From Thermoproteota archaeon (lineage in GTDB: Archaea > Korarchaeota > Korarchaeia > Korarchaeales > Korarchaeaceae), in the NCBI GenBank assembly GCA_026986575.1, contig JALSOH010000007.1, forward strand, positions 1-39,445: a stretch of DNA of 39,445 nucleotides, read 5' to 3'. Positions 21,438-30,591 of this stretch are shown here, in pieces (position 1 is the first letter of the stretch; each line of letters begins with the position of its first letter). The notes beneath the pieces are model-generated. The model was not told the DNA's origin. It saw only the letters and a list, made by a program, of their open reading frames with translations, and made no database searches. Position numbers and translations under genes: made by a program.

Positions 21438-22049
21438 ATGGAACGACACTATACAATGAGAGAAGCTGCTAAGATCCTGGGCGTCTCAGTCAGAACGATC
21501 CAGCGATGGGATAAATCGGGAAAGATCAGGTGTATCCGCACTCCTGGAGGGAAAAGACGTGTTCCGGAGTCGGAGATAAGGAGGATACTCGGCCTGAGTG
21601 AGGAGCGAGTTGTGGTGGGCTACGCCAGGGTCTCCTCTAGATCGCAGAGGGACGACCTGGAGAGGCAGGTTCAGGCCATAAGGGAATACGCGAGCCAGCG
21701 GGGCTACGAGCTTGCCGAGGTGTTAACTGACGTCGGCTCTGGCCTGAACGAGCGGCGTAGAGGCTACCTGAGGCTGCTGGAAATGGTAGCTGAGCGCAGG
21801 GTCAGCAGGGTGATAGTCACTTACCCGGACAGGCTGACCAGGTTCGGCTTCTCGACGCTAAAATTCCTCTTCCAGGCGTTCGGCGCTGAGATAGAGGTGA
21901 TCAACGCCAGGGAGATGACGCCGAGGGAGGAGTTGGTGGAAGATCTCATAGCGATAGTCACGTCGTTCGCCAGCAGGCTCTACGGTAGGAGGAGCCACAG
22001 GTACAGGAGGCTCGTTCAGGGGGTGAGAAAGCTTGTCTCGGAGGAGTGA
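21438..22049 (+). CDS. tnpA: IS607 serine-recombinase transposase
   Basis: N-terminal MerR-like HTH ([28 protein letters not shown]), YARVSS catalytic Ser, [28 protein letters not shown]. Confidence 0.96.
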   Translation: MERHYTMREAAKILGVSVRTIQRWDKSGKIRCIRTPGGKRRVPESEIRRILGLSEERVVVGYARVSSRSQRDDLERQVQAIREYASQRGYELAEVLTDVGSGLNERRRGYLRLLEMVAERRVSRVIVTYPDRLTRFGFSTLKFLFQAFGAEIEVINAREMTPREELVEDLIAIVTSFASRLYGRRSHRYRRLVQGVRKLVSEE

Positions 22050-23193
22050 GGTTATCAAGAGCTATGCTGTGCCCGTAAAGGCTCCCAAAGACCTCATAGA
22101 TGCCTACCTAGAGGTCAAGAGGAAGGCGCTGGAGGCTGTGATAGCTTACGTATCCTACAGCAAGGGGAAGGCCAGGCTCCGGCTAAAAGCCGAGGAGAGG
22201 CGCGAGATCAGGAGTGAGCTGCTCAAGGATTGGCCGTACGCGAGCCACTACATCGACTCCGCCATCAACTCAGTCATAGGCCTAGTGAAGGGTTGGATAA
22301 AGCTCTACAACAGGGGTAAGGCGAAGAGACCACCGGAGATAACGAGGAGGATGGTCTACATCAAGAGCACGCTGTTCAGGATCAAGGAGAACAAGCTGAT
22401 CATCAGGATAGTAGCCAGGAGGCGCTACCTGGAGGTGGACCTGTCGAGGTTCGACTACCTGCCCAGGGACTACGACTCTATTGGGGGCCTGCTGCTAACA
22501 GATGACAGGCTCTACATCACATTCAAGCGCTCCTCCGAGCCTAAGGAAGTCAGGGGGTGGTCCGCATTCGACGTTAACGAGGCCAACGTGACGGAGGCGA
22601 GGGACGGATTCGGAGTGATCAGATACGACCTCAGAGAACTCTACCACATCCACAGGGTCTACGAGGAGAAGCGCCGGAGGATGCAGGCGCTCAGGAGGAC
22701 CCACCCTAAGCGCTCTAGGAGGCTCATGGAGAAGTATGGCAGGCGGGAACGCAATAGGGCCAGGGACTTCCTCCACAAGCTGACCACCGGGATAGTCAGG
22801 GAGCTGGCCGCGCTGAACTACGGGATCATCTTGGAGGATCTGAGCGGCATAAAGGAGAGGACTGCCAGGAGAGGGAGGGCAAGCAGGAGGATCAGGCGGA
22901 GGCTCAGCAAGTGGGACGCCCGCACGCTTCAGTCCATGCTGGCCTACAAGGCCAGGTGGCTGAGCCTTCCCGTGCGATTCGTGAACCCCGCCTACTCCTC
23001 CAGGACCTGCCCCGTGTGCTCAGCGCCTCTGAAGGCCTATCGGGGCAGGCTCATGCGGTGCGAGGGCTGCGGGCTGATCATCGACAGAGACGAAGCTGCA
23101 GCCCTCAACCTTCGGATGCGGGGCGCCCGGGGTTCCCCCGAGAGGGGCGGATCTACGGAGATGTGCCCAAGGGAGGCGTATGTCCACAAATGA
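22033..23193 (+). CDS. tnpB: RNA-guided endonuclease TnpB
   Basis: RuvC-I AFDVNE, RuvC-II IILEDL, Zn ribbon SRTCPVC..CEGC, Ruv[14 protein letters not shown]. Confidence 0.93.
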   Translation: MSRRSEVIKSYAVPVKAPKDLIDAYLEVKRKALEAVIAYVSYSKGKARLRLKAEERREIRSELLKDWPYASHYIDSAINSVIGLVKGWIKLYNRGKAKRPPEITRRMVYIKSTLFRIKENKLIIRIVARRRYLEVDLSRFDYLPRDYDSIGGLLLTDDRLYITFKRSSEPKEVRGWSAFDVNEANVTEARDGFGVIRYDLRELYHIHRVYEEKRRRMQALRRTHPKRSRRLMEKYGRRERNRARDFLHKLTTGIVRELAALNYGIILEDLSGIKERTARRGRASRRIRRRLSKWDARTLQSMLAYKARWLSLPVRFVNPAYSSRTCPVCSAPLKAYRGRLMRCEGCGLIIDRDEAAALNLRMRGARGSPERGGSTEMCPREAYVHK

Positions 23194-23230
23194 CCATGTC
23201 TCCCGAACCCCCGTAAATATCAATCGGCGC
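23060..23230 (+). ncRNA. Putative TnpB omegaRNA (right-end RNA), boundaries inferred
   Basis: TnpB guides are known to overlap the tnpB 3' end and element right end; a GC hairpin CCCC-GAGA-GGGG is present near 23136-23147. Confidence 0.4.
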
Positions 23231-23481
23231 GGGCTGCTCTGCTCTATCGGTTCCAACTGCTTCCACCCTCCAACAAATGTAGTGAATCCCTCGCGTGGTT
23301 ACGCTATCTTCCCAATCCCCGTTGGGCAACGAGAGGGAGTGCTGATCTTTTGAATCCAGCAGCGCTCCAAGCGATTTACCGTTGCTTAGACGATAGACCA
23401 GAGAGTGGTGTCCCTCATGGTATTTCTCGTAGGATGCGTCCGGGAGAGGAGCAAGCAAGCATCCTTTAGAACGCTATAAAA

Positions 23482-26061
23482 CTAGTGGGAGAGGGAGGAG
23501 GTGGCCCTCGAAGCCATCAGGCGTGAAAGAGTCAGCGGAGGTATCGATAGGCAGCTCAGAACCAAGGTCGAAGCGGAGACCATGGCTAGGGGATCGATCA
23601 TCGCCACCGCACCAACTCCAAGCAGGATGGCCGATCCTGCAGCTATTACGGAGGCGACCTTCAGATACTTGAGGTCGGAGAGGCGCCTGAACTTCAGGGA
23701 CAGTAGAGAAAGGGGCCACAGGTAAACCGAGCCTAAGATCAGGCTGACCAGCGATCCCATTACGATCATAGACAGATCTCCGCTCGGGAGGAAGCTGTAG
23801 AGGGTGCTGCCTGCTTTCAGGGCGTAGATGAGTGGGGTTATAGCCGCTCTAGTGATAGATGCGAGCACGGGGCTCCCCCTTATCACTGCGGCCACGCCCG
23901 GACTCCAGGAGTAGTAGAAGGCGTTGAACACAGTCAGGAACCTAGAGCCGGAGTAGGTGGCCATCACCGTCGCATCCCTGAACCCCCTCAGGTAGCTCAC
24001 CTCAGGTGCCAGCTCGGAGCCGAAGGCGGCCGTGGCTATGATGCACCTCGACTCCTCTGCCCTTATCTGGAGCTGAAATGTAGCGGACCTCTTCAACCCG
24101 CCTGAGGTCCCGGTAACCACGACGGTGAACGTGCCGGTGGTCTGCCCAGCCTGTATGACGAGGGAGGAAGTGCCCTCCTGAAGAGCAGGTGGATTGAAGG
24201 TCACCCTGACATCCGACGGAAGGCCTGAGGCTGAAAGCATGACCGTGCCGCTCCCCCTGACCCTCCTGACTGTCACGGCCACCGATCCCGTCGAGGAGGG
24301 ATTGAGCACCAGCGTGGTGGGCGTCACGGAGATGGAGAAGTCGAATCTCTGAGCGGTTCCGGTTCCTGTACCCGTTTGCGTTCCGGTTTGAGCCTGCTGG
24401 GTCTGGGATTGGGTTTGGTTCTGGGTTCTCGTGACGGTCAGGGTCACGGTGGATGTTCTGGTGATGCCGCCGCCCGACGCCATCAGGGTGAACTGGTGCG
24501 TACCTATGGGGGCGCTGTTGGTGGCGACGAGGGTTATGTTCGCTGTGAAGTCCGGCGGGGCGTTGTTCACGTTGGAGGAGATGGTCACCCCCTGGGGCAG
24601 TCCTGAGGCTGAGAGGGTGACGGGGCTGGAGAATCTGCTGATGCCCTGAACCCTCACCGTGAGGTAGGCCACGCCTCCCCGCGACAGGGTGACCGCGGAC
24701 GGGTCCACCCGGATGAAGAAGCCCTGCGTGGTCGTAGTCGTGGTAGTGGTAGTAGTGGCAGTTGCGGTAGAGGATGAGGTGGAAGCTGGGGTTACCGTAA
24801 GGGAGACGGTGGCCGTGTGAGTCTTGCCGCCCCCCTCGGCCGTCACAGTTATCGTGTAGTCACCCGACGGCGTCGATGCTGAGGTGGTGATCCGGAGGTA
24901 GATGGTGGACCCGGAGGAGACGAACTGGTAGGTGGACCCGGGGGGTATGCCGGATGCCGTGAACTGCACCGTGCCCGAGAAGCCAGCAACCGGAGTTACA
25001 GCTACCGAGTACTCGGCCACCTGTCCCTGCGTCACTGTGACTGACTGGGGGGAGACTGAGAGCGAAAAATCAGGTTCCTGAGCGCTCGTCACCTGGATCG
25101 TGATGTTGACCTTGTCGTAAATGTTGTAGTTACCCTCCTTGTTCTTCGCCTTGACCTCCAACTTGTACTCGCCTGGAGCGGTGGAGTCGGACACGTCTAT
25201 CTCGAGGGTGGAGGCGAAGGGGACCTTGTCTGAGGTCTTGCTGTACGTGAGGGTGATCCCGCTGGGGGTCGGTCCCACCCACTTGTGGGACAGCTCCGCG
25301 TCCCCGAGGAAGGTCCCCCCTATGGCGAGCTGGACGTAGGCCTTCTCTCCCTGCTTCAAATTGAGGGACGTCTGACTGGCCACCACGTCGATGTACGGTC
25401 CCTTGTAGGTGATCACGAGGGTCGGCTTCCAGCTGTCGTACGGAGCCCCTTCCCTGGAGTAGAACGAAACGCCATCGTCCGTGCTGGAGGGTACCTTGAG
25501 CAGGAATCCGTGTATCGCGCTGCCCGTCCCTACCTTCCCCTTCACGTACGCGGTCACATCGAAATTGACCTTGGTCCCGTCGTGGGCGTCGAAACTGATG
25601 TGCTTCGTTGTTATCAGGGGGCCGTAGCTGTTGGCGTGACTCGACCAAGTCACGGTCGACTCGGAGAAGCTCTTGGTGAGGGGATAGACCTGGACATCTA
25701 CCCCGGTATTGGGGGGCTGCTTCACCGTGAGAGTGAGCGTGGCCGCCTGCACCTCAGAGCCCGGGGGGATGAGGCTGTAAACATCGAAATTAACCACAGA
25801 ATACCAATTTATGGTGTAGGTCACCACATTGGTGGAGATCTTCCTCCTCGCGACACCGAGCTCCGGTTCGCTGCCGAAGTTATCGGAAGGGGTGAAGCTG
25901 TTGAGGGTGGCATCCTCGCTGGCAGGCAGGCTCTTCATGATGGATGCGATTATGTACCACGGGGGTGGGGTGTACGTTATCGTGGGGGGTAAGGAGGCAA
26001 CGGGAACCGCGGGAATTAGGAGGGAGAGGACCATCAGGGGAACGAGGTACCTAATGCTCAT
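23482..26061 (-). CDS. Large cell-surface protein: DNRLRE-like domain, Ig-like repeats, Thr/Gln linkers, CFI-box-CTERM anchor
   Basis: Signal peptide from MSIRYLVPLM (26061); EDATLNSFTPSDNFG..FDVT..FYSRE..PTLVITY; repeated F.(L/I)SV.P..T units; RCIIATAAFGSELAPEVSYLRGFRD followed by TM helices. Confidence 0.85.
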   Translation of the reverse strand: MSIRYLVPLMVLSLLIPAVPVASLPPTITYTPPPWYIIASIMKSLPASEDATLNSFTPSDNFGSEPELGVARRKISTNVVTYTINWYSVVNFDVYSLIPPGSEVQAATLTLTVKQPPNTGVDVQVYPLTKSFSESTVTWSSHANSYGPLITTKHISFDAHDGTKVNFDVTAYVKGKVGTGSAIHGFLLKVPSSTDDGVSFYSREGAPYDSWKPTLVITYKGPYIDVVASQTSLNLKQGEKAYVQLAIGGTFLGDAELSHKWVGPTPSGITLTYSKTSDKVPFASTLEIDVSDSTAPGEYKLEVKAKNKEGNYNIYDKVNITIQVTSAQEPDFSLSVSPQSVTVTQGQVAEYSVAVTPVAGFSGTVQFTASGIPPGSTYQFVSSGSTIYLRITTSASTPSGDYTITVTAEGGGKTHTATVSLTVTPASTSSSTATATTTTTTTTTTQGFFIRVDPSAVTLSRGGVAYLTVRVQGISRFSSPVTLSASGLPQGVTISSNVNNAPPDFTANITLVATNSAPIGTHQFTLMASGGGITRTSTVTLTVTRTQNQTQSQTQQAQTGTQTGTGTGTAQRFDFSISVTPTTLVLNPSSTGSVAVTVRRVRGSGTVMLSASGLPSDVRVTFNPPALQEGTSSLVIQAGQTTGTFTVVVTGTSGGLKRSATFQLQIRAEESRCIIATAAFGSELAPEVSYLRGFRDATVMATYSGSRFLTVFNAFYYSWSPGVAAVIRGSPVLASITRAAITPLIYALKAGSTLYSFLPSGDLSMIVMGSLVSLILGSVYLWPLSLLSLKFRRLSDLKYLKVASVIAAGSAILLGVGAVAMIDPLAMVSASTLVLSCLSIPPLTLSRLMASRATSSLSH

Positions 26062-26245
26062 GTGAAACTCCGTATGAAATAACCTGAAGGTTAATATAGA
26101 TATTTCGCTAATCCTGATTCCCCTGTGGATGCTCCCCTTGGCCCGCACCGAACGGCGCAAGGCCGTTTCACGCCGTAATATCTTAATCCTTCAGTTATTT
26201 TAACAAATAGTTTATAATCGTTTCCGGGAAGATGAATGGATAGGG

Positions 26246-28420
26246 ATGAGGCAGATCCTCTCGATCCTCCTCGTCGCTCTCCTCGCCATCCCAGTTCCCG
26301 CTCCGGCGAAGTCCCAAACCGAGTTACCCACCAAGATAATAGTGAGGATCCACGTCACGAAGCTGTGGCTCGCTGAGAATGCGGACCTCGACATGGGGGG
26401 TAACGATCCCGATCTCTGGCTGTTCACCCTCGCGGAGCAGATCGGACTGGGAAAGAGCGTTAGATCCTTCGGCGAGAGATCGATCGATCCCAAGGACTAC
26501 GATACGGATCAGAACAACAGGTACGATCCGAAAAAGGACAGGACATTGAGCCCGCTGGAGCTGATGGGCGGAAAGGGCGTTCAGGACACGGTGATCTATT
26601 CCAGCGAGCAGTGCAAGCCCGTACGTCTCTTCAACCTCTATTTCAGGATGATAGATTCGGATATTGGAGGGAGCGACAAGTCCAGCTTCTTTGACAAGGT
26701 CGCTAACAAGCTGTCCGGCTACTTGGAGAAGTTCCTCACCAAGGGGGTGAAGTTCATAGTTAGTGGGCTGGTATCCGTAATCGGGAAGCTCTTCGAGAAC
26801 TCCTTCGACCTCGTTGGAGTGGGACGGAAGATGGAGTGGCTTCCCGCAAAGAGATACGAGGTCCTCAGGGGTTCCAGTGGTGGGGACTGGAACCTCGGAC
26901 CCGAGAAGGCGTGGAAGGATGGAGAACTGCCGCCTCCCGGCAAGACATGGGTCTCGGAGGAGACCAGGGTCGATCTCAAGTCAGGTGGGAAGCTCGGCGC
27001 CATAGTGTGGTACAGGCTAGTGGCCTACAACACGGGGGATCTTTGCGCCAGAGCGAAACCCGAGGTGGAGAAGGTCGGCGAGAGCAAGGCTTCGATAGAA
27101 TCGATCGAGGTGAGCAGGGGACTGGAGGCGCGGAAGCTGGTTTTCGAGGTCACCTTCGGGGGTCCCATAGACGAGCTCAACATTGACCTGAGCATCTCCG
27201 TACAGGAAGGAGGCAGGACCGATGTTTACAGGGTGCTGGGCGAGTCAGGTAATCTGAGCTGGAGTGGCGAGGGCCTCAAGATTACAGGAGGGGGGAACAG
27301 ATCCCTGATCGGGGAGTTGAGCGTTGATGCCGCTGAGGTGAATGTGACCTTCGCCTCTCTGGTGGGAGGCGAGATGGTGAGCCGGGCCTCCGTCCTCGCG
27401 AGACTCCCCGGTCCGGACGTAGTTCTGATAGCGAACAGGGTGGACAGGATCGGGCTCGATCCCCTGCTTCACGGCCTGCGGTCGAGAGGACTTGAACTCT
27501 CAATAAGGGGGCCGCCAGGCTCCCTCCAGGGGTTGAGGGAGCTGGCCTCAGAGACGCCGGTCCTGATAGCTGGAGGACCGGACGCCTACGAGGGGGTGGG
27601 TGAGCTGGTGAGGAGGCTGCTTCCCAAGGATGTTGCCGATGCTATGAGGAGGGAGGCCAAGCTGGCTAGAGTCGATTGGCTGGCGGAGAATCCTGTGTAC
27701 ATCGCGGCGGGCCCAGATCGCTACGCTACCCGGTCTATTCTCTCCTCCTTGGTTAGCCTAGTGGTCGACGAGGCCACCAAACACGACAGGAGCCCTCCGG
27801 TGGTGGAGATGGGCCCCGGGATCTTCATGGGAGAGGAGCAGGATCTGGAGGACATCGGGGCGAGTGGCTTCCTCCTCAGCGAGCCGGCTAGGCTCTCGGA
27901 GGTCAACCTGACGTACATGGCGCTCGGGCAGGAGGTCCCGCTACTTGGGGGGAGGGTGACCATTCACGACAGGTGGGTTGAGCTAGAACTGCCTGCCTAC
28001 AGGCCCGATGAACTCATCCTGACGGCCGATCTCGCGGACCTGAGGAACAACAGCGCCACCGTGAGGTTGAAATTCAGGAGCGGCTCCACAGTCCCCTTTC
28101 TCGTCATGAGCAAGGTCTCGGAGGAGCAGGAGGGTCCGCTGTCAAAGACCTTCACCTTAGAGGCCGCCAACCTAGGAACCGTCCGCATGACGCTGCAGTT
28201 CTCCGGCGTCCAAGGGGCGCCACCCTTCATAAGGGTAGAGGCCAGACCCCAGATGTGTCTGATCGAGCCCGGCCTATCCACCCTGGTGGATCTGAGGGTC
28301 GTGGTATCGGAGGAGGCTCCTAAGGGAACCTACACCTTCACCGTCGTCTTCGAGAACTTGGAAGCTGGGGTGTACGAGCCCGTGAATGTGACCGTGGTGG
28401 TCTCGCGCGGGGAGACCTGA
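26246..28420 (+). CDS. Secreted multidomain surface protein with CWB2-like module and C-terminal Ig/NPCBM-like domain
   Basis: Signal peptide; VVLIANRVD..IAGGPDAYEGVGELV..AGPDRYAT; C-terminal V.V.EEAPKGTYTFTV. Confidence 0.7.
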   Translation: MRQILSILLVALLAIPVPAPAKSQTELPTKIIVRIHVTKLWLAENADLDMGGNDPDLWLFTLAEQIGLGKSVRSFGERSIDPKDYDTDQNNRYDPKKDRTLSPLELMGGKGVQDTVIYSSEQCKPVRLFNLYFRMIDSDIGGSDKSSFFDKVANKLSGYLEKFLTKGVKFIVSGLVSVIGKLFENSFDLVGVGRKMEWLPAKRYEVLRGSSGGDWNLGPEKAWKDGELPPPGKTWVSEETRVDLKSGGKLGAIVWYRLVAYNTGDLCARAKPEVEKVGESKASIESIEVSRGLEARKLVFEVTFGGPIDELNIDLSISVQEGGRTDVYRVLGESGNLSWSGEGLKITGGGNRSLIGELSVDAAEVNVTFASLVGGEMVSRASVLARLPGPDVVLIANRVDRIGLDPLLHGLRSRGLELSIRGPPGSLQGLRELASETPVLIAGGPDAYEGVGELVRRLLPKDVADAMRREAKLARVDWLAENPVYIAAGPDRYATRSILSSLVSLVVDEATKHDRSPPVVEMGPGIFMGEEQDLEDIGASGFLLSEPARLSEVNLTYMALGQEVPLLGGRVTIHDRWVELELPAYRPDELILTADLADLRNNSATVRLKFRSGSTVPFLVMSKVSEEQEGPLSKTFTLEAANLGTVRMTLQFSGVQGAPPFIRVEARPQMCLIEPGLSTLVDLRVVVSEEAPKGTYTFTVVFENLEAGVYEPVNVTVVVSRGET

Positions 28421-28728
28421 CACTCCCAAGGTTGTTGACTCCTCCAAGAGTGTAGTCTGACATTAAAGGTAAAGAGGGGGCGGGAGTAAGAAGGAAGGGA
28501 GGGCCTTGGCCGCCCCCACATCGCATCGGCCTATGGGCCTCCATTCCCCATTCATATCTCAAATCCATATACGATACTCATGTGGCATTCTACATGCGCA
28601 TCATTTATCCTGGGGATGTGCGACCAGGGCCCACTCGCCGCACCGGCGGTGGACTTATAAAATTTTCGGTTCATTTCCGTCGCCGCTGACCGAAGCTGGA
28701 AGGAACGGCGAAAAATGGGTGAGCAGCC

Positions 28729-29217
28729 TCAGGGGGCCGGAAAGGCCTCCACGGCTGTACCTGGGAGTTCCGGGAGCTTCAGGAAGTGGAGCTCCCTCCT
28801 GCTCCTGTCTATGAAGTACACCTTCCCGTCCTGTCCGCAGAACATTATGCTGTCGCCGAGGTCGATCCTCTTATCCCCGACCACGAGGGTCAGCTCCTCC
28901 ACGTGCCTGAGTCCCGTTGTGACAAGGTTGACCTCCCTGAGTATGGTTCTGATCTCACCGTTCTTGGAGACGGAGACGAGGCTAGACGGCATAGCGTTAC
29001 CGGATGAGAGGTACAGGTTTCCCCTCTCGTCTAGATCGAACTCCCCCGACCAGCGACCAGCTAGGTAGCGTTCGATGAACTCCACCGTGACGTTGAACAC
29101 CATCTCAGCCTCACCCCGTCCGAGACCCTGAGGACATATCCGGGTCCCTCGAAAGAGGTCAGGATGAAGTAGACCCCGCCGTCGGGACCCACCCTCACGG
29201 AGTTGATGGATCCCCAA
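28729..29217 (-). CDS. Hypothetical protein, possibly a beta-propeller fragment
   Basis: FDLDERGNLYLS and QDGKVYFID resemble propeller blades; start uncertain, may be a remnant. Confidence 0.35.
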   Translation of the reverse strand: MGIHQLREGGSRRRGLLHPDLFRGTRICPQGLGRGEAEMVFNVTVEFIERYLAGRWSGEFDLDERGNLYLSSGNAMPSSLVSVSKNGEIRTILREVNLVTTGLRHVEELTLVVGDKRIDLGDSIMFCGQDGKVYFIDRSRRELHFLKLPELPGTAVEAFPAP

Positions 29218-29391
29218 TACCCTCTAGCTTCCGAAGGGGTGTGCTATAGAGGTCGCCTCAGACCCGTTTAAGCGGCAATCGTCTGTCAAGTGCTCGATGC
29301 AGTCGCCATGATCCCTGACAGGACAAGCTGGCGCTTGGTAGCAGATCGCAGAGAATTATATGGGAAGCATCTCCAGAAAGTGGGGATGCCT

Positions 29392-30339
29392 ATGGAGTTT
29401 AGATATCTGGGTGTTTCCGACATAAAGGTCTCGACGGTGGGACTGGGGACTTGGCAGTTCAGCGAGTCCTGGGGAGTGACCAACTACGAGGAAGCGAAGA
29501 GGATCGTAGAGAGGGCCATAGAGGTTGGGATAAACTTCTTCGACACGGCAGCGGTTTACGGCAGGGGGATGAGCGAGACCTTCCTCGGGAAGGCGCTGAA
29601 GGAGCTGGGAGTCAGGGAAGATGTGGTGGTGGCCACGAAGCTTCCGGGGGAGTTCCTGTCGAGGCACGACGTATTCAAGGGGACGAAGAGGTGCCTGGAG
29701 AGGTTAGGGACCAGCTACGTCGATTTGATGCAGGTCCACTGGCCTCCCCTCTGGAACAACTTCCCCACCTGCGAGTACATGCGAGCCTTGGAGGAGCTGA
29801 TGCATCAGGGTGTGGTGAGGTACATAGGGCTCAGCGACTTCCCGGTGGAGCTGGTAGAGTCGGCGTGGTCGTGCCTCTCCACGGAGGACCTGGTGAGCAA
29901 CCAAGTGAGATATAACTTGGTAGAGAGGGATGCAGAGAAGGAGATAATCCCCTATGCTGAGGCCTACGGGCTCAGCATCCTGGCTTGGTCGCCCCTAGCC
30001 AAGGGGGCCCTCACGGGGAAGTACACCCCGGACAACCTACCGGAGTTCAAGGACGTGAGGACCGGCAGCGCGCTCTTCCACCCCGACAACTTCAGGCAGA
30101 TATACGAGGTGGTCAGGCTGCTGAAGGAAGTGGGGGGAAAGCACGGAAAGACGCCCGGCCAGGTGGCCCTGAACTGGCTGCTGACGGCCAGCGATACGGT
30201 GATAGTGATACCAGGTGCCAAGACACCCGAGCAGGTGGAGGAGAACGCTGGAGCGGCTGGCTGGAGGATGAGTTTCGATGAGTGGCTGGAGCTCGAGCAG
30301 GCGAGCTCCAAGGTGAGGATAAGCCGCGTGATCTGGTGA
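29392..30339 (+). CDS. Aldo/keto reductase
   Basis: GLGTWQF, GINFFDTAAVYG, VATK, DLMQVHWP, IGLSDF, AWSPLAKGALTGKY, IPGAK; start MEFRYLG. Confidence 0.95.
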   Translation: MEFRYLGVSDIKVSTVGLGTWQFSESWGVTNYEEAKRIVERAIEVGINFFDTAAVYGRGMSETFLGKALKELGVREDVVVATKLPGEFLSRHDVFKGTKRCLERLGTSYVDLMQVHWPPLWNNFPTCEYMRALEELMHQGVVRYIGLSDFPVELVESAWSCLSTEDLVSNQVRYNLVERDAEKEIIPYAEAYGLSILAWSPLAKGALTGKYTPDNLPEFKDVRTGSALFHPDNFRQIYEVVRLLKEVGGKHGKTPGQVALNWLLTASDTVIVIPGAKTPEQVEENAGAAGWRMSFDEWLELEQASSKVRISRVIW

Positions 30340-30591
30340 TAGGAGCTACGGAGGGAGGGAGATATCCCAAGTGCATTGATGAGGGTTCGTGGGAATAGAG
30401 ATGTAGCCCGTGTGGTGCGAGACCCCTGCTCCATATCCCACTGCTCCAATGGGCTTCAGGGGTCGGTATGATCTTGGCACGCGAAGATATCAGATCTTGA
30501 AGATCTGTGGAGCTCGGGCCCCCAAAGAGACCTACTCCCGATTAATCGTTCCATCCATCCAAATAATTTTTAGATTTGGATCTCCCAACAA

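Larger units (their letters stand above)
21378..23209 (+). mobile_element. IS607-family insertion sequence (tnpA + tnpB); ends approximate
   Basis: Serine-recombinase tnpA overlapping tnpB; candidate ends GGTTCG (21378) and CGAACC (23204-23209). Confidence 0.85.

Noticed and set aside
23153-23458. 101-aa minus ORF spanning the IS607 right end
   Set aside because: It overlaps tnpB and has no recognisable motif; at most a remnant.
24720-24790. GTA/GTG/GTC triplet-like repeat
   Set aside because: It encodes the poly-Thr linker of the surface protein.
25130-25992. Long alternative-frame and antisense ORFs (172 and 235 aa), plus similar shadows over his and other genes
   Set aside because: They overlap well-supported genes and are expected from high third-position GC; no motifs.
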